Shown here: positions 1-13,543 of the stretch, piece by piece
Layout: each line of letters begins with the position of its first letter
Numbering within the stretch: the stretch's first letter is position 1
DNA from: an uncultured Acidobacteriota bacterium
GTDB lineage: Bacteria > Acidobacteriota > Thermoanaerobaculia > Gp7-AA8
NCBI GenBank assembly: GCA_963741955.1
Contig: CAVUKB010000007.1
Coordinates: 1,024,001 to 1,088,000, forward strand
Direction of reading: 5' to 3'
DNA: 64,000 nucleotides
Position numbers and translations under genes: made by a program
The notes under the pieces: generated by a model
Told to the model about the DNA's origin: nothing
The model's input: the letters and a program-made list of their open reading frames with translations, nothing else
Database searches by the model: none

Positions 1-1
1 C

Positions 2-1816
<1,815 letters not shown>

Positions 1817-2270
1817 CCCGGGGAATCCGATGTCGGACCTGGATCGGGTCGGGGGGATGGAGCTCCACGGAGGGGAGAATCCGCGAATCGTGCGCGTCTG
1901 TGTCGCAAATCACCCCAAAACCGTCCCGAATCCGCTAAAATCCCCCGCGCCGAGCGGTCGGGTCCGTCGCGGCACATTCCGGCAGTTCTGAAGAAGAAGA
2001 AATCGAGGGCCGGTCGAATCGGTTCCGAGATCAGTGCAAATAATTTTCAGGCACACTCTAGGAGTCTGCGCGGTAGAAAGGTCCGTAGCGAGAAAGTGGA
2101 ACAGCGAGGCCAAAGTCGTCCGGATTTGAGGCGCGTAGCGGTGACTACTCGCCGAGAATCCGGGCGGTTTTGGACCGCTGATCCGCTTTCGCAGCAGGAC
2201 TATTTCTATCGCGCAGACTCCTAGGGGGGCAGTGCGCCCTCTCCGTGCCGAACAAGCGGAGGATCTTTTC

Positions 2271-4730
<2,460 letters not shown>

Positions 4731-4752
4731 AGCTGAATCTCGATTGAGAAAG

Positions 4753-4780
4753 AACGGGCGGTCTTCGGGCCGCCCGTTTT
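4753..4780 (+). terminator. Rho-independent terminator after the second hppA
   Basis: AACGGGCGGTC-TTCG-GGCCGCCCGTT hairpin followed by T's. Confidence 0.75.
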
Positions 4781-4795
4781 CGTTCAGAAGGCGAA

Positions 4796-4899
4796 TTCAG
4801 AATGCAGAATTCAGAACTGAGAAAACAGACCGGTCAACTGGTTGAGCCTTCTGCTGTTTTCTTTCTGAGTTTCTGAGTTTCTGAATTCTGCATTCTGAA
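4796..4899. repeat. 21-bp perfect inverted repeat built from heptamer-like units
   Basis: TTCAGAATGCAGAATTCAGAA (4796-4816) and its exact reverse complement TTCTGAATTCTGCATTCTGAA (4879-4899), with extra TTTCTGAG-like units inside. Confidence 0.8.
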
Positions 4900-4955
4900 G
4901 GCGTCCTCCAACGAGCCGGCACCCCTCCAGGTGCCGGCTCGGAAGATCGAGACTT

Positions 4956-5615
4956 CTACTGCGCCGATGCCTGCTGTTCGGGCTGTGCCTTCACCGCGAG
5001 CTCGACTCGCCGGTTCTCCTGTCGTCCGGCCGGCGTGGCGTTCGAGGCGACCGGGTCGCTCTCGCCGTATCCGATCGCCTGAATCCGGTCCGCGGTGACA
5101 CCCTGCTGCGTCAGGTAGTCCTTCACCGCGAGCGCGCGACGCTCGGAGAGCGACTGGTTGTACGAAGCCGTTCCGATCGAATCGGTGTATCCCTGAACCT
5201 TGATCGTGGTGCCGGGATACTTCTCGAATACGTTCGCCATGTCGCGAAGAGAGCTCTTGGAACTCGGCGTGAGCTCGGCGGAATCGAACGGGAAGAGGAT
5301 GTCGTTCGCAACCACGACCTTGATCTCGTCCTGCGAAGGCCTCTGCACTTCGACGTTCGGAATCTGCTTCAGCTCCTTCTCCTGCTGGTCCATCCGGTGA
5401 CCGATGGCTGCCCCGACTGCTCCTCCGACCACCGCGCCGACCGCGGCGCCCTTCTTCGCACTCCCGTTCTGGTTTCCGATCACCGCCCCTGCGGCGGCTC
5501 CGGTCGCGGCGCCGATCACCGCTCCTTTCTTGGTCTTCTCATTCCCGCTGGTGCTCGAGCACGCGACCACGAACAGGGCTACGATCGCAATCGCAAAAAA
5601 TCGTTTCATCATCAC
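4956..5615 (-). CDS. OmpA-family lipoprotein with glycine zipper (YiaD-like)
   Basis: Lipobox-like FVVAC; Gly-zipper GAVIGAATGAAAGAVIG; OmpA C-domain motifs ILFPFDS, GYTDSIG, NQSLSERRA and ENRRVE. Confidence 0.92.
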   Translation of the reverse strand: MMMKRFFAIAIVALFVVACSSTSGNEKTKKGAVIGAATGAAAGAVIGNQNGSAKKGAAVGAVVGGAVGAAIGHRMDQQEKELKQIPNVEVQRPSQDEIKVVVANDILFPFDSAELTPSSKSSLRDMANVFEKYPGTTIKVQGYTDSIGTASYNQSLSERRALAVKDYLTQQGVTADRIQAIGYGESDPVASNATPAGRQENRRVELAVKAQPEQQASAQ

Positions 5616-5656
5616 GAAAACCTCCTCGATTTGCTTAAGACTGCGAGGAAGAGGTC

Positions 5657-5672
5657 TACAAGTGATGTGCCA
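5657..5672 (-). promoter_or_regulatory. sigma54-like -24/-12 promoter (variant -12)
   Basis: Minus strand TGGCAC-ATCAC-TTGTA, about 40 bp upstream of the ompA start. Confidence 0.5.
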
Positions 5673-5865
5673 TCGGAGGGGGTTCGCCCCGACTATTCAC
5701 GGTATTTCTTTGCTCCGCAGCAGAAGTCCCGTGAATAGTCGTGGTTAGGACGAGCGCGACCGCAGATTGGCATCCCGGGCCGTCATCGGGACAGCGAGAG
5801 ACTCGGAGGAGACTGGAGGAGTCAGGGAACGGCAATCCGACCATTCACCATCCCGCACGCAAACG

Positions 5866-5894
5866 AAAAAAGGGCGCCTCTCGCGAGGCGCCCT
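5866..5894 (-). terminator. Rho-independent terminator of the upstream ompA paralogue
   Basis: Minus strand AGGGCGCCTC-loop-GAGGCGCCCT hairpin followed by a T run. Confidence 0.75.
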
Positions 5895-5958
5895 CCTGAT
5901 CTCCGGTTGAGCTCCGTGTCGACGGTTCAGGCCGTTCTGATGACTCACCCGGATCGGA

Positions 5959-6615
5959 TCAGGCCTGGTTGGCGCGCACGTGAATCTCGACGCGCCGGTT
6001 CTGTTGCCGCCCCGCGGCGGTTGCGTTGGATGCAACGGGCTGCGATTCGCCGAACGCTTCGGTATCGAGCCGTCCACCGCTGACGCCGAGCTGCTCGAGG
6101 TATCTCTCGACGCTGTTCGCACGTCGCTGCGAGAGCCGGTAGTTGTAACTCGCCGATCCGATTGAATCGGTATGCCCCTGAACCGAGATGGTGGTATCGG
6201 GATAACGCTGAAACACATTCGCCATCTCTTCCAGAGACTGTCGCGAAGCCGAACGAAGAGCCGAAGAGTCGAAGTCGAAGAGGACTTCGTTGTTCACCGT
6301 GACGTTCAACTCGTCGTCCGCGGTCCGGGTCACATCGACTCCCGGGATCTTCCGGAGCTCGCGTTCCTGTTTGTCCATGTAGGCTCCGACGCCGGCACCG
6401 ATTGCCGCTCCGGCCGCCGCTCCGATCAGACCACCTTTCTTCGCATTGCCGCTGCCGCGGTTGTTGCCGATCACCGCTCCGAGGACTCCTCCGGCAACAG
6501 CCCCGATCACGGCACCCTTGCGGGTCTTGTCGCGGGTCTGGCTCACGTCCTGGGCGAACGCCACTGGCAGGGCCATACTCGCCACGAGCATGAATGTCAC
6601 AATTCGTTTCAACAT
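5959..6615 (-). CDS. OmpA-family protein with glycine zipper and Sec signal peptide
   Basis: Signal peptide ending AFA; Gly-zipper; motifs VLFDFDS, GHTDSIG, LSQRRA and QNRRVE. Paralogue of 4956..5615. Confidence 0.92.
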   Translation of the reverse strand: MLKRIVTFMLVASMALPVAFAQDVSQTRDKTRKGAVIGAVAGGVLGAVIGNNRGSGNAKKGGLIGAAAGAAIGAGVGAYMDKQERELRKIPGVDVTRTADDELNVTVNNEVLFDFDSSALRSASRQSLEEMANVFQRYPDTTISVQGHTDSIGSASYNYRLSQRRANSVERYLEQLGVSGGRLDTEAFGESQPVASNATAAGRQQNRRVEIHVRANQA

Positions 6616-6722
6616 GGTGTTCCTCCGTGGTTCTTCGGACCCTTTGTTCGTTCCGAAGCGAAATCACTGCTTACTTTCGTCTCGATTCTTCTTCTTTTTC
6701 GGATCGATCGACTCTCTCATTT

Positions 6723-6738
6723 CGCAACTGTGGTGCCA
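6723..6738 (-). promoter_or_regulatory. sigma54 -24/-12 promoter
   Basis: Minus strand TGGCAC-CACAG-TTGCG with GG-N10-GC spacing, about 107 bp upstream of the ompA start. Confidence 0.65.
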
Positions 6739-6865
6739 GCCGCACTCGACCTGTGACAGCTGTCACTGAAGGGGAAGAGTAGGGGTGAGACATTACGCGA
6801 GGAAAGACGGTCCGACGCTCGACGGCACCCGCGGCCGGGGGCGACACGCCGGAATCAGGTCCCCA

Positions 6866-7957
6866 GTGAACTCTCTGATCACCAACGAATTACCGTTCCG
6901 GGAATTCATGGAGCGTGCGCTCTATGACTCCGCCGGTGGCTACTACACGAGGAGCCGGAATCCCGTCTCGAAGAGCGGAGATTACCTGACCTCGAACGCG
7001 ATCTCTCCCGTTTTCGCATTCGCGCTCGCTCGTCTCGTGGACGACTTCGTGAAGCATTCAGGCGACGAACTGTGCGCGATCGTGGACATCGGATGCGGCG
7101 ACGGACAGCTGATCCAGCGCATCGCGGAGCAGACCGATCGACGCTATCGTGACCATTGCGTTTTCTTCGGGATCGACCGTTCTCTCGAGCGTATCGACGA
7201 AGCGATGCGCGAGGACGGGTTCGCTCAGTATCGCGAGACGCTCGACGGCGTTCCCTTCGACATCCCGGTGCTGATCCTCTCGAACGAGCTGTTCGATGCC
7301 TTCCCGGTGGCGCGACTGGTCCAGCGCGGCAAAGAGCTCCACGAGCTGTGGGTCACACCCGTCGGAGAAGGTCTCGACTGGACCGAGCTCCCTGCGCCGG
7401 ACGCGTACGCCGGCTACTTCGCCGACCGACGGATCGCTCTGGATGACGGACAGTTTGCCGACGTCTCGCTCGACTGGAGCGGGCACTACTCCCTTCTCGC
7501 GGAGAAGCTCGAGCGGGGACTGATCGTGACCTTCGATTACGGATGTGCTCAGGAGCAACTGTTCAACCCGCGGTTCAGGCGGTACGGAACCGCTGCGGCC
7601 TACTCGCAGCACCGGTTCAACCGCGACCTGCTCGCCAACCCGGGCGGCCAGGACCTGACCGCACAGATCAATTTCACCGATCTCTGGACCGCCGGAGAGC
7701 GGAACGGAATGTCGACCCTGGCCTTCGAGCGGCAGGCGCGGTTCCTCCTCTCTCTCGGCATACTCGAGCACCCGGTTTTCAAGCCGTCGGAAGCCTCCGG
7801 CGGTGGTACGCTGGAGAGCACCATCGCAGGAACGGAGGAGCGGCAGGCGGCCCAGCGGCTGGTCCTCCCTGATGGTATCGGCGACGAGCTCCGGGTTCTC
7901 GTGCAATCGAAGGGCTACCCGCGTGCCGGGTGGCGGTTCCTGGAGAGGCCTTTCTGA
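6866..7957 (+). CDS. SAM-dependent methyltransferase, MidA/NDUFAF7 family
   Basis: N-terminal FREFMERALY..GGYY..GDYLTS, SAM motif VDIGCGDG, and SNELFDAFP, VTFDYG, PGGQDLTAQINF. Start uncertain (GTG 6866 preferred over 6785). Confidence 0.88.
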   Translation: MNSLITNELPFREFMERALYDSAGGYYTRSRNPVSKSGDYLTSNAISPVFAFALARLVDDFVKHSGDELCAIVDIGCGDGQLIQRIAEQTDRRYRDHCVFFGIDRSLERIDEAMREDGFAQYRETLDGVPFDIPVLILSNELFDAFPVARLVQRGKELHELWVTPVGEGLDWTELPAPDAYAGYFADRRIALDDGQFADVSLDWSGHYSLLAEKLERGLIVTFDYGCAQEQLFNPRFRRYGTAAAYSQHRFNRDLLANPGGQDLTAQINFTDLWTAGERNGMSTLAFERQARFLLSLGILEHPVFKPSEASGGGTLESTIAGTEERQAAQRLVLPDGIGDELRVLVQSKGYPRAGWRFLERPF

Positions 7958-8020
7958 TGACTCTTCCCGGCGAGACACGACCTGTGGAGGTAAGACGGGC
8001 ATCCGCCCTCTGAATACGCC

Positions 8021-8380
8021 ATGGCAAATTACTCCATTCTCCCGATCGCAATTCTGATCGTCCTGTCGCTTCCGATCATCACTCTGTTCGTGATCACCCC
8101 GCTCGTTCGGGCGTCCCGAGCTTCGAAAGTGAAGCTCGAGCCTTACGAGTGCGGTGTCGAGGCGACCTCCTTCGCGTTCGACCACCGCTTCTCGGTTCGG
8201 TACTTCCTCATCGCGGTGCTCTTCATCGTCTTCGACGTCGAAACGATCTTCCTCTTTCCCTGGGCGATCCGTTTCCGCCAGCTCGGCTGGTTCGGGGCGA
8301 TCGAGATGGGCCTGTTCATCGCGATTCTCCTGGTCGGCTATTTCTACGCGTGGAAACGAAAGGTGCTGTCATGGGTCTGA
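8021..8380 (+). CDS. nuoA: NADH-quinone oxidoreductase subunit A
   Basis: KLEPYECG and [23 protein letters not shown] motifs. Confidence 0.96.
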   Translation: MANYSILPIAILIVLSLPIITLFVITPLVRASRASKVKLEPYECGVEATSFAFDHRFSVRYFLIAVLFIVFDVETIFLFPWAIRFRQLGWFGAIEMGLFIAILLVGYFYAWKRKVLSWV

Positions 8381-9336
8381 TCGAAAACCGCTTCGAGGAG
8401 AACATCCTCACGACGACGGTCGACAGGATCTTCAACTGGGCACGGAGATCGTCTCTCTGGCCGATGCAGTTCGGTCTCGCATGTTGCGCCATCGAGATGA
8501 TGGCGGTGCTCGATCCCCGTCACGACATGGCGAGATTCGGCGCCGAAGTCTTCCGGGCCACGCCGCGCCAGTCGGATCTGATGATCGTCGCCGGAACCGT
8601 GGCCGAGAAGATGGCTCCGATCGTCAAGCGGCTGTACGACCAGATGCCCGATCCGAAATGGGTCATCGCCATGGGATCGTGTGCGACGTGCGGTGGACCC
8701 TACGATACCTACGCCGTGACTCAGGGCGTCGACCGGCTCATCCCGGTGGACGTCTACATCCCCGGCTGCCCGCCGCGTCCCGAAGCTCTCCTGTGGGGGC
8801 TGATGGAGCTCCAGAAGAAGATCGACAAGATGCACGTCCTCCGCAAGGGCGGCGCGGCATACGACTTCGCCCGCCAGGCGGTGCGTGACGTCGTGCGCCC
8901 GCTCCACGAAGGTCCCGCGATCCGGATCAGTGACGCCGCAGCCGAACCGGCCGAAGCTTCCACCCCGGCTGCAGAACCCACTGCCGCGAGCCCGGCTCCG
9001 GCCGAAACGTCTCCTCGAACTGAAGCCCCGGCCCCGCTCCCTGCGCCGACCGGCGCATCCGCCGACGCCGCGTTCCACGACCAGGCGCTCACTCTCGCCG
9101 AGCGGATGAAGCTCGCCGAGGAATCGGGTGGCGGAGTGGTGGCGAAGATGTGGGCCTCGCTGGCACAGACCGACTGCGGCGCGTGCGGATGGGACTGCGA
9201 AGGATACGCGAAGGCCCTCGACGCCGGCGAAGAGAAGGACATCTCGCTCTGCGTTCCCGGCGAGGCGGAAACGATCGAAACGCTCAAGAAGCTGATGGCC
9301 GAAGCCGGCCGGGAGTACACGGTCGGAGCGGCGTAA
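8371..9336 (+). CDS. nuoB: NADH-quinone oxidoreductase subunit B with C-terminal Pro/Ala linker and extra 4-Cys Fe-S domain
   Basis: [23 protein letters not shown] and [14 protein letters not shown]; ATG 8371 overlaps the end of nuoA. C-terminal [12 protein letters not shown]-x17-CVPG. Confidence 0.95.
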   Translation: MGLIENRFEENILTTTVDRIFNWARRSSLWPMQFGLACCAIEMMAVLDPRHDMARFGAEVFRATPRQSDLMIVAGTVAEKMAPIVKRLYDQMPDPKWVIAMGSCATCGGPYDTYAVTQGVDRLIPVDVYIPGCPPRPEALLWGLMELQKKIDKMHVLRKGGAAYDFARQAVRDVVRPLHEGPAIRISDAAAEPAEASTPAAEPTAASPAPAETSPRTEAPAPLPAPTGASADAAFHDQALTLAERMKLAEESGGGVVAKMWASLAQTDCGACGWDCEGYAKALDAGEEKDISLCVPGEAETIETLKKLMAEAGREYTVGAA

Positions 9337-9358
9337 GCCCCGACGGAGGATCGTCAGA

Positions 9359-10117
9359 ATGGCCGAGGAAACGGAAAAAGTCGAAAAGGCCGAGAAGCCG
9401 GCAGCAGCGGCAGCTCCCGAAAAGCCCGCTGCGCGAACCGTGGACGAGATCCTCGCGGATCCCGCGATCAGTGCGGCCATGGCCGACGTCCGGAGCGCGA
9501 TCATCGACGCACGCGAGTTCGCGGGCGAGATGATTCTCACCGTCGAGAGCTCCCGCATCCGCCAGGTCTGCGAAACGCTCGCGCGCGAAGGCTTCAACTA
9601 TCTCGTGAACCTCTGCGGCGTCGATTACTCGACGTATCCCGGCCACACCGGCGCGCGATTCGCCGTCGTCTATCACCTCTATTCGTTCGCGAAGAACGTC
9701 CGGATCGAGCTCAAAGCCTTCGTTCCCGACGGCGGGAGCATCCCCTCGGTCGTCGCGGTCTGGAAGACGGCGAACTGGCACGAGCGCGAGACGTACGACA
9801 TGTACGGGATCGAATTCGAAGGACATCCGAACCTCGAGCGAATCCTCACCTGGGATGGCTTCAACGGTCATCCGCTCCGCAAGGACTTCCCGCTTCGCGG
9901 AATCGACACCGGCGCGAGGATCTATCCGGAAGTCTTCCCTGAAGGCGGCGGTCCGATGAAGGGATCGACCGGCAAAGCGCCCGACGACGTGAACCTCTGG
10001 GGTGGCGACTGGAAACTCTTCGGCCGCGGCCCGGTGATCGCCCCCGACACCGATTCATCCCACGCTCTGCCGGCCGCTGCAGATGACGGCAACGGCTCGA
10101 AGCCGAGTGGAGAGTAA
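9359..10117 (+). CDS. nuoC: NADH-quinone oxidoreductase subunit C
   Basis: ANWHERETYDMYGIEFEGHPNLERIL and GHPLRKDFPL. Confidence 0.96.
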   Translation: MAEETEKVEKAEKPAAAAAPEKPAARTVDEILADPAISAAMADVRSAIIDAREFAGEMILTVESSRIRQVCETLAREGFNYLVNLCGVDYSTYPGHTGARFAVVYHLYSFAKNVRIELKAFVPDGGSIPSVVAVWKTANWHERETYDMYGIEFEGHPNLERILTWDGFNGHPLRKDFPLRGIDTGARIYPEVFPEGGGPMKGSTGKAPDDVNLWGGDWKLFGRGPVIAPDTDSSHALPAAADDGNGSKPSGE

Positions 10118-10120
10118 GTC

Positions 10121-11236
10121 ATGCTGAATCTGGAAGAAATGGAAGTGAACTTCGGCCCTCAGCACCCGTCGACTCACGGCGTGCTGCGGCTCCTGCTGAA
10201 GATCGACGGTGAACGGATCGTCGAGGCGAAGCCGGTGATCGGCTATCTCCACCGCGGAACCGAGAAGCTGTTCGAGAACATGACCTATCCGATGTGCGTG
10301 CCGCACACCGACCGGATGGATTACGTCGCGTCCGCGACGAACAACCTCGGCTTCGTCGAGACGGTCGAGAAGCTGATGGGGATCACCGACGGCATTCCGA
10401 AACGCGCGCAGCTGATGAGGGTGATGCTCTCCGAGCTCCAGAGGATCTCGTCCCATCTCCTCTGGCTCGCCACGCACGCGATCGACCTCGGCGCGATGAC
10501 TCCCTTCTTCTACACCTTCCGGGAGAGAGAAGAGATTCTCGACCTCTTCGAGGAGTACTGCGGCGCCCGGCTGACACTCAATTGCATGCGGATCGGTGGT
10601 ATGCCGGACGACCTCACTCCGAACTGGCTGGAGAAGGTCGAAGCGTTCGTCGACAAGTTCGAAGCGGCGGTGGACGAATACGAGTCGCTCCTCACCAACA
10701 ATCGCATCTGGAGGCGCCGCACCATCGGCATCGGTGTGATCTCGCCGGAAGAGGCGATCGACTGGGGTCTGACCGGTCCTCCTCTGCGCGGCTCCGGAGT
10801 GAAGTGGGACATCCGGCGCGCGCTTCCGTACGAGTGCTACCCGGAGCTCGAGTTCGAGATCCCGATCGGAAAGAACGGCGACACGTACGACCGCTACATC
10901 ATCAGGATGATCGAGATGCGGCAGTCGAACCGGATCCTGAAGCAGTGCATCCCGATGGTGCGCGAGACGCCGGAGGGAGACATCAAGGCGAAGATCTCCA
11001 AGGTCGTTCGTCCGCCGGAAGGGGAGGTCTACCACTCGATCGAGAGCCCGAAGGGAGAGCTCGGCTACTACATCGTCGCAGACGGGAAGGCGACCAGCGC
11101 GTACCGCTGCCACGTCCGTCCCCCTTCGTTCGTGAATCTGCAGGCGCTTCCCGCGATGGCCGAGGGGCATCTGGTCTCCGACCTGGTGGCTCTGATCGGA
11201 ACCATCGACATCGTGCTCGGTGAAGTGGACCGGTAA
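10121..11236 (+). CDS. nuoD: NADH-quinone oxidoreductase subunit D
   Basis: NFGPQHPSTHGVLRL, GYLHRGTEK, ESPKGELG and C-terminal DIVLGEVDR. Confidence 0.97.
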   Translation: MLNLEEMEVNFGPQHPSTHGVLRLLLKIDGERIVEAKPVIGYLHRGTEKLFENMTYPMCVPHTDRMDYVASATNNLGFVETVEKLMGITDGIPKRAQLMRVMLSELQRISSHLLWLATHAIDLGAMTPFFYTFREREEILDLFEEYCGARLTLNCMRIGGMPDDLTPNWLEKVEAFVDKFEAAVDEYESLLTNNRIWRRRTIGIGVISPEEAIDWGLTGPPLRGSGVKWDIRRALPYECYPELEFEIPIGKNGDTYDRYIIRMIEMRQSNRILKQCIPMVRETPEGDIKAKISKVVRPPEGEVYHSIESPKGELGYYIVADGKATSAYRCHVRPPSFVNLQALPAMAEGHLVSDLVALIGTIDIVLGEVDR

Positions 11237-11248
11237 GGAAAGAGAACC

Positions 11249-12334
11249 ATGACGAGCGCACTTCTGAATTTCGCAGTCGCGCAGGCGAGCGAGCCGGGGC
11301 CGCTGATGCGGTACCTGGTCTGGCCGACGATCAAGTTCCTGATCGCCTTCGCGGTCGTGGCGACCATCGTCGCGCTGATGACCTGGGTCGAGCGCCGGAT
11401 GCTCGGCTTCATGCAGGCCCGGTTGGGCCCGAATCGCGTCGGACCGTGGGGCCTGTTCCAGGCCATCGCCGATCCGATCAAGCTCCTCCTCAAAGAGGAC
11501 ATCGTTCCTTCGCGTGCCGAGAAGGTGGCCTATTTCCTCGGGCCGATGATTCCGATCATCCCGGCCTTCGTCGTCTTCGCGCTGATTCCGTTCGGTCCGC
11601 CCCCGACGTTCACCATCACCTCGGTCAACGTCGGCCTGCTGCTGATCGTCGCTCTCACCTCGACCGGCGTGTACGGGATCATCCTTGGCGGGTGGGCTTC
11701 CAACAGCAAGTACTCACTGATGGGCGGGCTCCGGTCGGCCGCGCAGGTCGTCTCGTACGAGGTTCCGTTCGGACTGTCGCTGGTCGGCGTGCTGATGCTG
11801 TCGGGAAGCTTCGATCTGGTGCAGATCGTCCGCTACCAGGAAAACAACGTCTGGAACGTGATCCCGCAAATCGTCGGAGCGTTCATCTTCCTCGTGGCGA
11901 TGACCGCGGAATCGAACCGCACGCCGTTCGACCTGCCGGAAGCGGAGTCGGAGCTGGTGGCCGGATTCCACACCGAGTACTCCGGGATGAAGTTCGCGTT
12001 CTTCTTCCTCGCGGAGTACGCCTTCATGCTGGTGAACTCCTGCCTGATCGTCACCCTCTTTTTCGGTGGATGGACCCTCGCGATGTACGGACACGGACTG
12101 ACGACGCACACCCTCGTCGGGATGGGTGTCTGGGGTGCGGCGCTCGGTCTTCTGATCTTCGCGGTGAAGGTCGCGTTCTTCATGGTCACCTACGTCTGGT
12201 TCCGCGGAACGTTCCCGAGGTTCCGCTTCGACCAGTTGATGGATCTCGGATGGAAATGGCTGATTCCTCTCGCCCTGGCGAACATCATCGTCACCGGCGT
12301 GGTCGTGCTTTCGTTGCAGTCAGTGAGGGTTTGA
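11249..12334 (+). CDS. nuoH: NADH-quinone oxidoreductase subunit H
   Basis: ERRMLGFMQARLGPNRVG, NRTPFDLPEAESELVAGFHTEYSG and PRFRFDQLM. Confidence 0.97.
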   Translation: MTSALLNFAVAQASEPGPLMRYLVWPTIKFLIAFAVVATIVALMTWVERRMLGFMQARLGPNRVGPWGLFQAIADPIKLLLKEDIVPSRAEKVAYFLGPMIPIIPAFVVFALIPFGPPPTFTITSVNVGLLLIVALTSTGVYGIILGGWASNSKYSLMGGLRSAAQVVSYEVPFGLSLVGVLMLSGSFDLVQIVRYQENNVWNVIPQIVGAFIFLVAMTAESNRTPFDLPEAESELVAGFHTEYSGMKFAFFFLAEYAFMLVNSCLIVTLFFGGWTLAMYGHGLTTHTLVGMGVWGAALGLLIFAVKVAFFMVTYVWFRGTFPRFRFDQLMDLGWKWLIPLALANIIVTGVVVLSLQSVRV

Positions 12335-12335
12335 C

Positions 12336-12860
12336 ATGAGTCAGGTCGCCAGATGGTCGGACAAGATTCTGCTGCTCGATTTCTTCGAGGGGCTGAAGAC
12401 CACGTTCAAAGAGCTCTTCCGGAAGAAGGTCACCATCGAGTATCCGGAGAAGCGGATGGAGCCGGCGGACCGGTTTCGCGGAATGTTCCGTTTCAATTAC
12501 GAGCGCTGCATCGCGTGCAAGCTCTGCGCGCTGGCCTGCCCGATCGACATCATCTACATCGACGTCCACGACGAGACGCAGGAAGTCGACGGGAAGAAGA
12601 AGAAGATCAAGGTGCTGGACCGTTACGACATCGACGTGAAGCGATGCATGTTCTGCGGGCTCTGTGAGGAAGCCTGTCCGACCAAGCCGAAATCGATCTG
12701 GCTCACCACGCAGACTTACGAGCTCGCGACGTACGACCGCAACGAGCTGTATTTCAACATGCAGGAGCTCGAGTACTGGCAGGAGCGTCCCTCCTACAAG
12801 ACACTCGAAGAGTCAGCAGACGAGGCCGGGATCAAAGCCCTGCCGCGAGGAGGTGAGTGA
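12336..12860 (+). CDS. nuoI: NADH-quinone oxidoreductase subunit I
   Basis: TIEYPE..RFRG and two CxxCxxCxxxCP motifs. Confidence 0.96.
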   Translation: MSQVARWSDKILLLDFFEGLKTTFKELFRKKVTIEYPEKRMEPADRFRGMFRFNYERCIACKLCALACPIDIIYIDVHDETQEVDGKKKKIKVLDRYDIDVKRCMFCGLCEEACPTKPKSIWLTTQTYELATYDRNELYFNMQELEYWQERPSYKTLEESADEAGIKALPRGGE

Positions 12861-13543
12861 TGGACGGCTGGATCCATCTGATGCCATCGGTGCTCTTCTT
12901 CGTGATCGGCGCCATCGCCGTCGCTTCGAGCATTCTGGTCGTGGCGATGCGCAACCCGGTGCACTCGGCGCTGTTCCTTCTGGTGACGTTCCTCTCGGTG
13001 GCCGCGCTCTTCATCATGCAGGGAGCGGAGTTCGTCGGAGCGGTTCAGATCCTGGTCTACGCCGGCGGAATCATGGTTCTGTTCCTCTTCGTGGTCATGC
13101 TGATCAACGTGCGCACCATCCGGACCGAGAGGACCTTCTCGCCGTTCTGGGTCGGTGCGATCTTCGTCGGTGCCGCTGTTCTCCTCCTTCTCTCCGTGGT
13201 GGTGGAACGCGGAGCTCTGCATCCGGCGGTCGGTGATCCGGCGATGCTCCGGACCGCGATGGTCCAGGAGACCGTGTTCGTGACCACTCCCGAAGGCGCG
13301 GTGGTTCAGCGTCAGGAGGAGCGGCCGCGGGTGGTCGGCAACTCCGAAGCGGTGGGGATGGAGCTCTATCGCAAATACCTCGTGCCGTTCGAAGTGGCCT
13401 CGGTGTTCCTCCTGGTCGCCATGATCGGCGCGATCGTCATCGGCAAACGCGAGCTGAGCGCAGAAGAAGAGGAAGCGATTCCCGAATACATCCGCAAGCG
13501 CGTGGCCGACGAAAAGCGCATCAAGGAGGCCCTCGGTGCCTGA
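12860..13543 (+). CDS. nuoJ: NADH-quinone oxidoreductase subunit J
   Basis: NPVHSALFL, QILVYAGGIMVLFLFVVML and PFEVASVFLLVAMIGAI. Confidence 0.95.
   Translation: MDGWIHLMPSVLFFVIGAIAVASSILVVAMRNPVHSALFLLVTFLSVAALFIMQGAEFVGAVQILVYAGGIMVLFLFVVMLINVRTIRTERTFSPFWVGAIFVGAAVLLLLSVVVERGALHPAVGDPAMLRTAMVQETVFVTTPEGAVVQRQEERPRVVGNSEAVGMELYRKYLVPFEVASVFLLVAMIGAIVIGKRELSAEEEEAIPEYIRKRVADEKRIKEALGA

Noticed and set aside
1817-2270. Possible riboswitch or ncRNA between the two hppA genes
   Set aside because: I could not recognise any aptamer consensus by eye; an Rfam/Infernal scan would be needed.
8149-8370. N-terminal extension of the 395-aa NuoB ORF
   Set aside because: It overlaps nuoA in another frame; the homologous NuoB start is ATG 8371.
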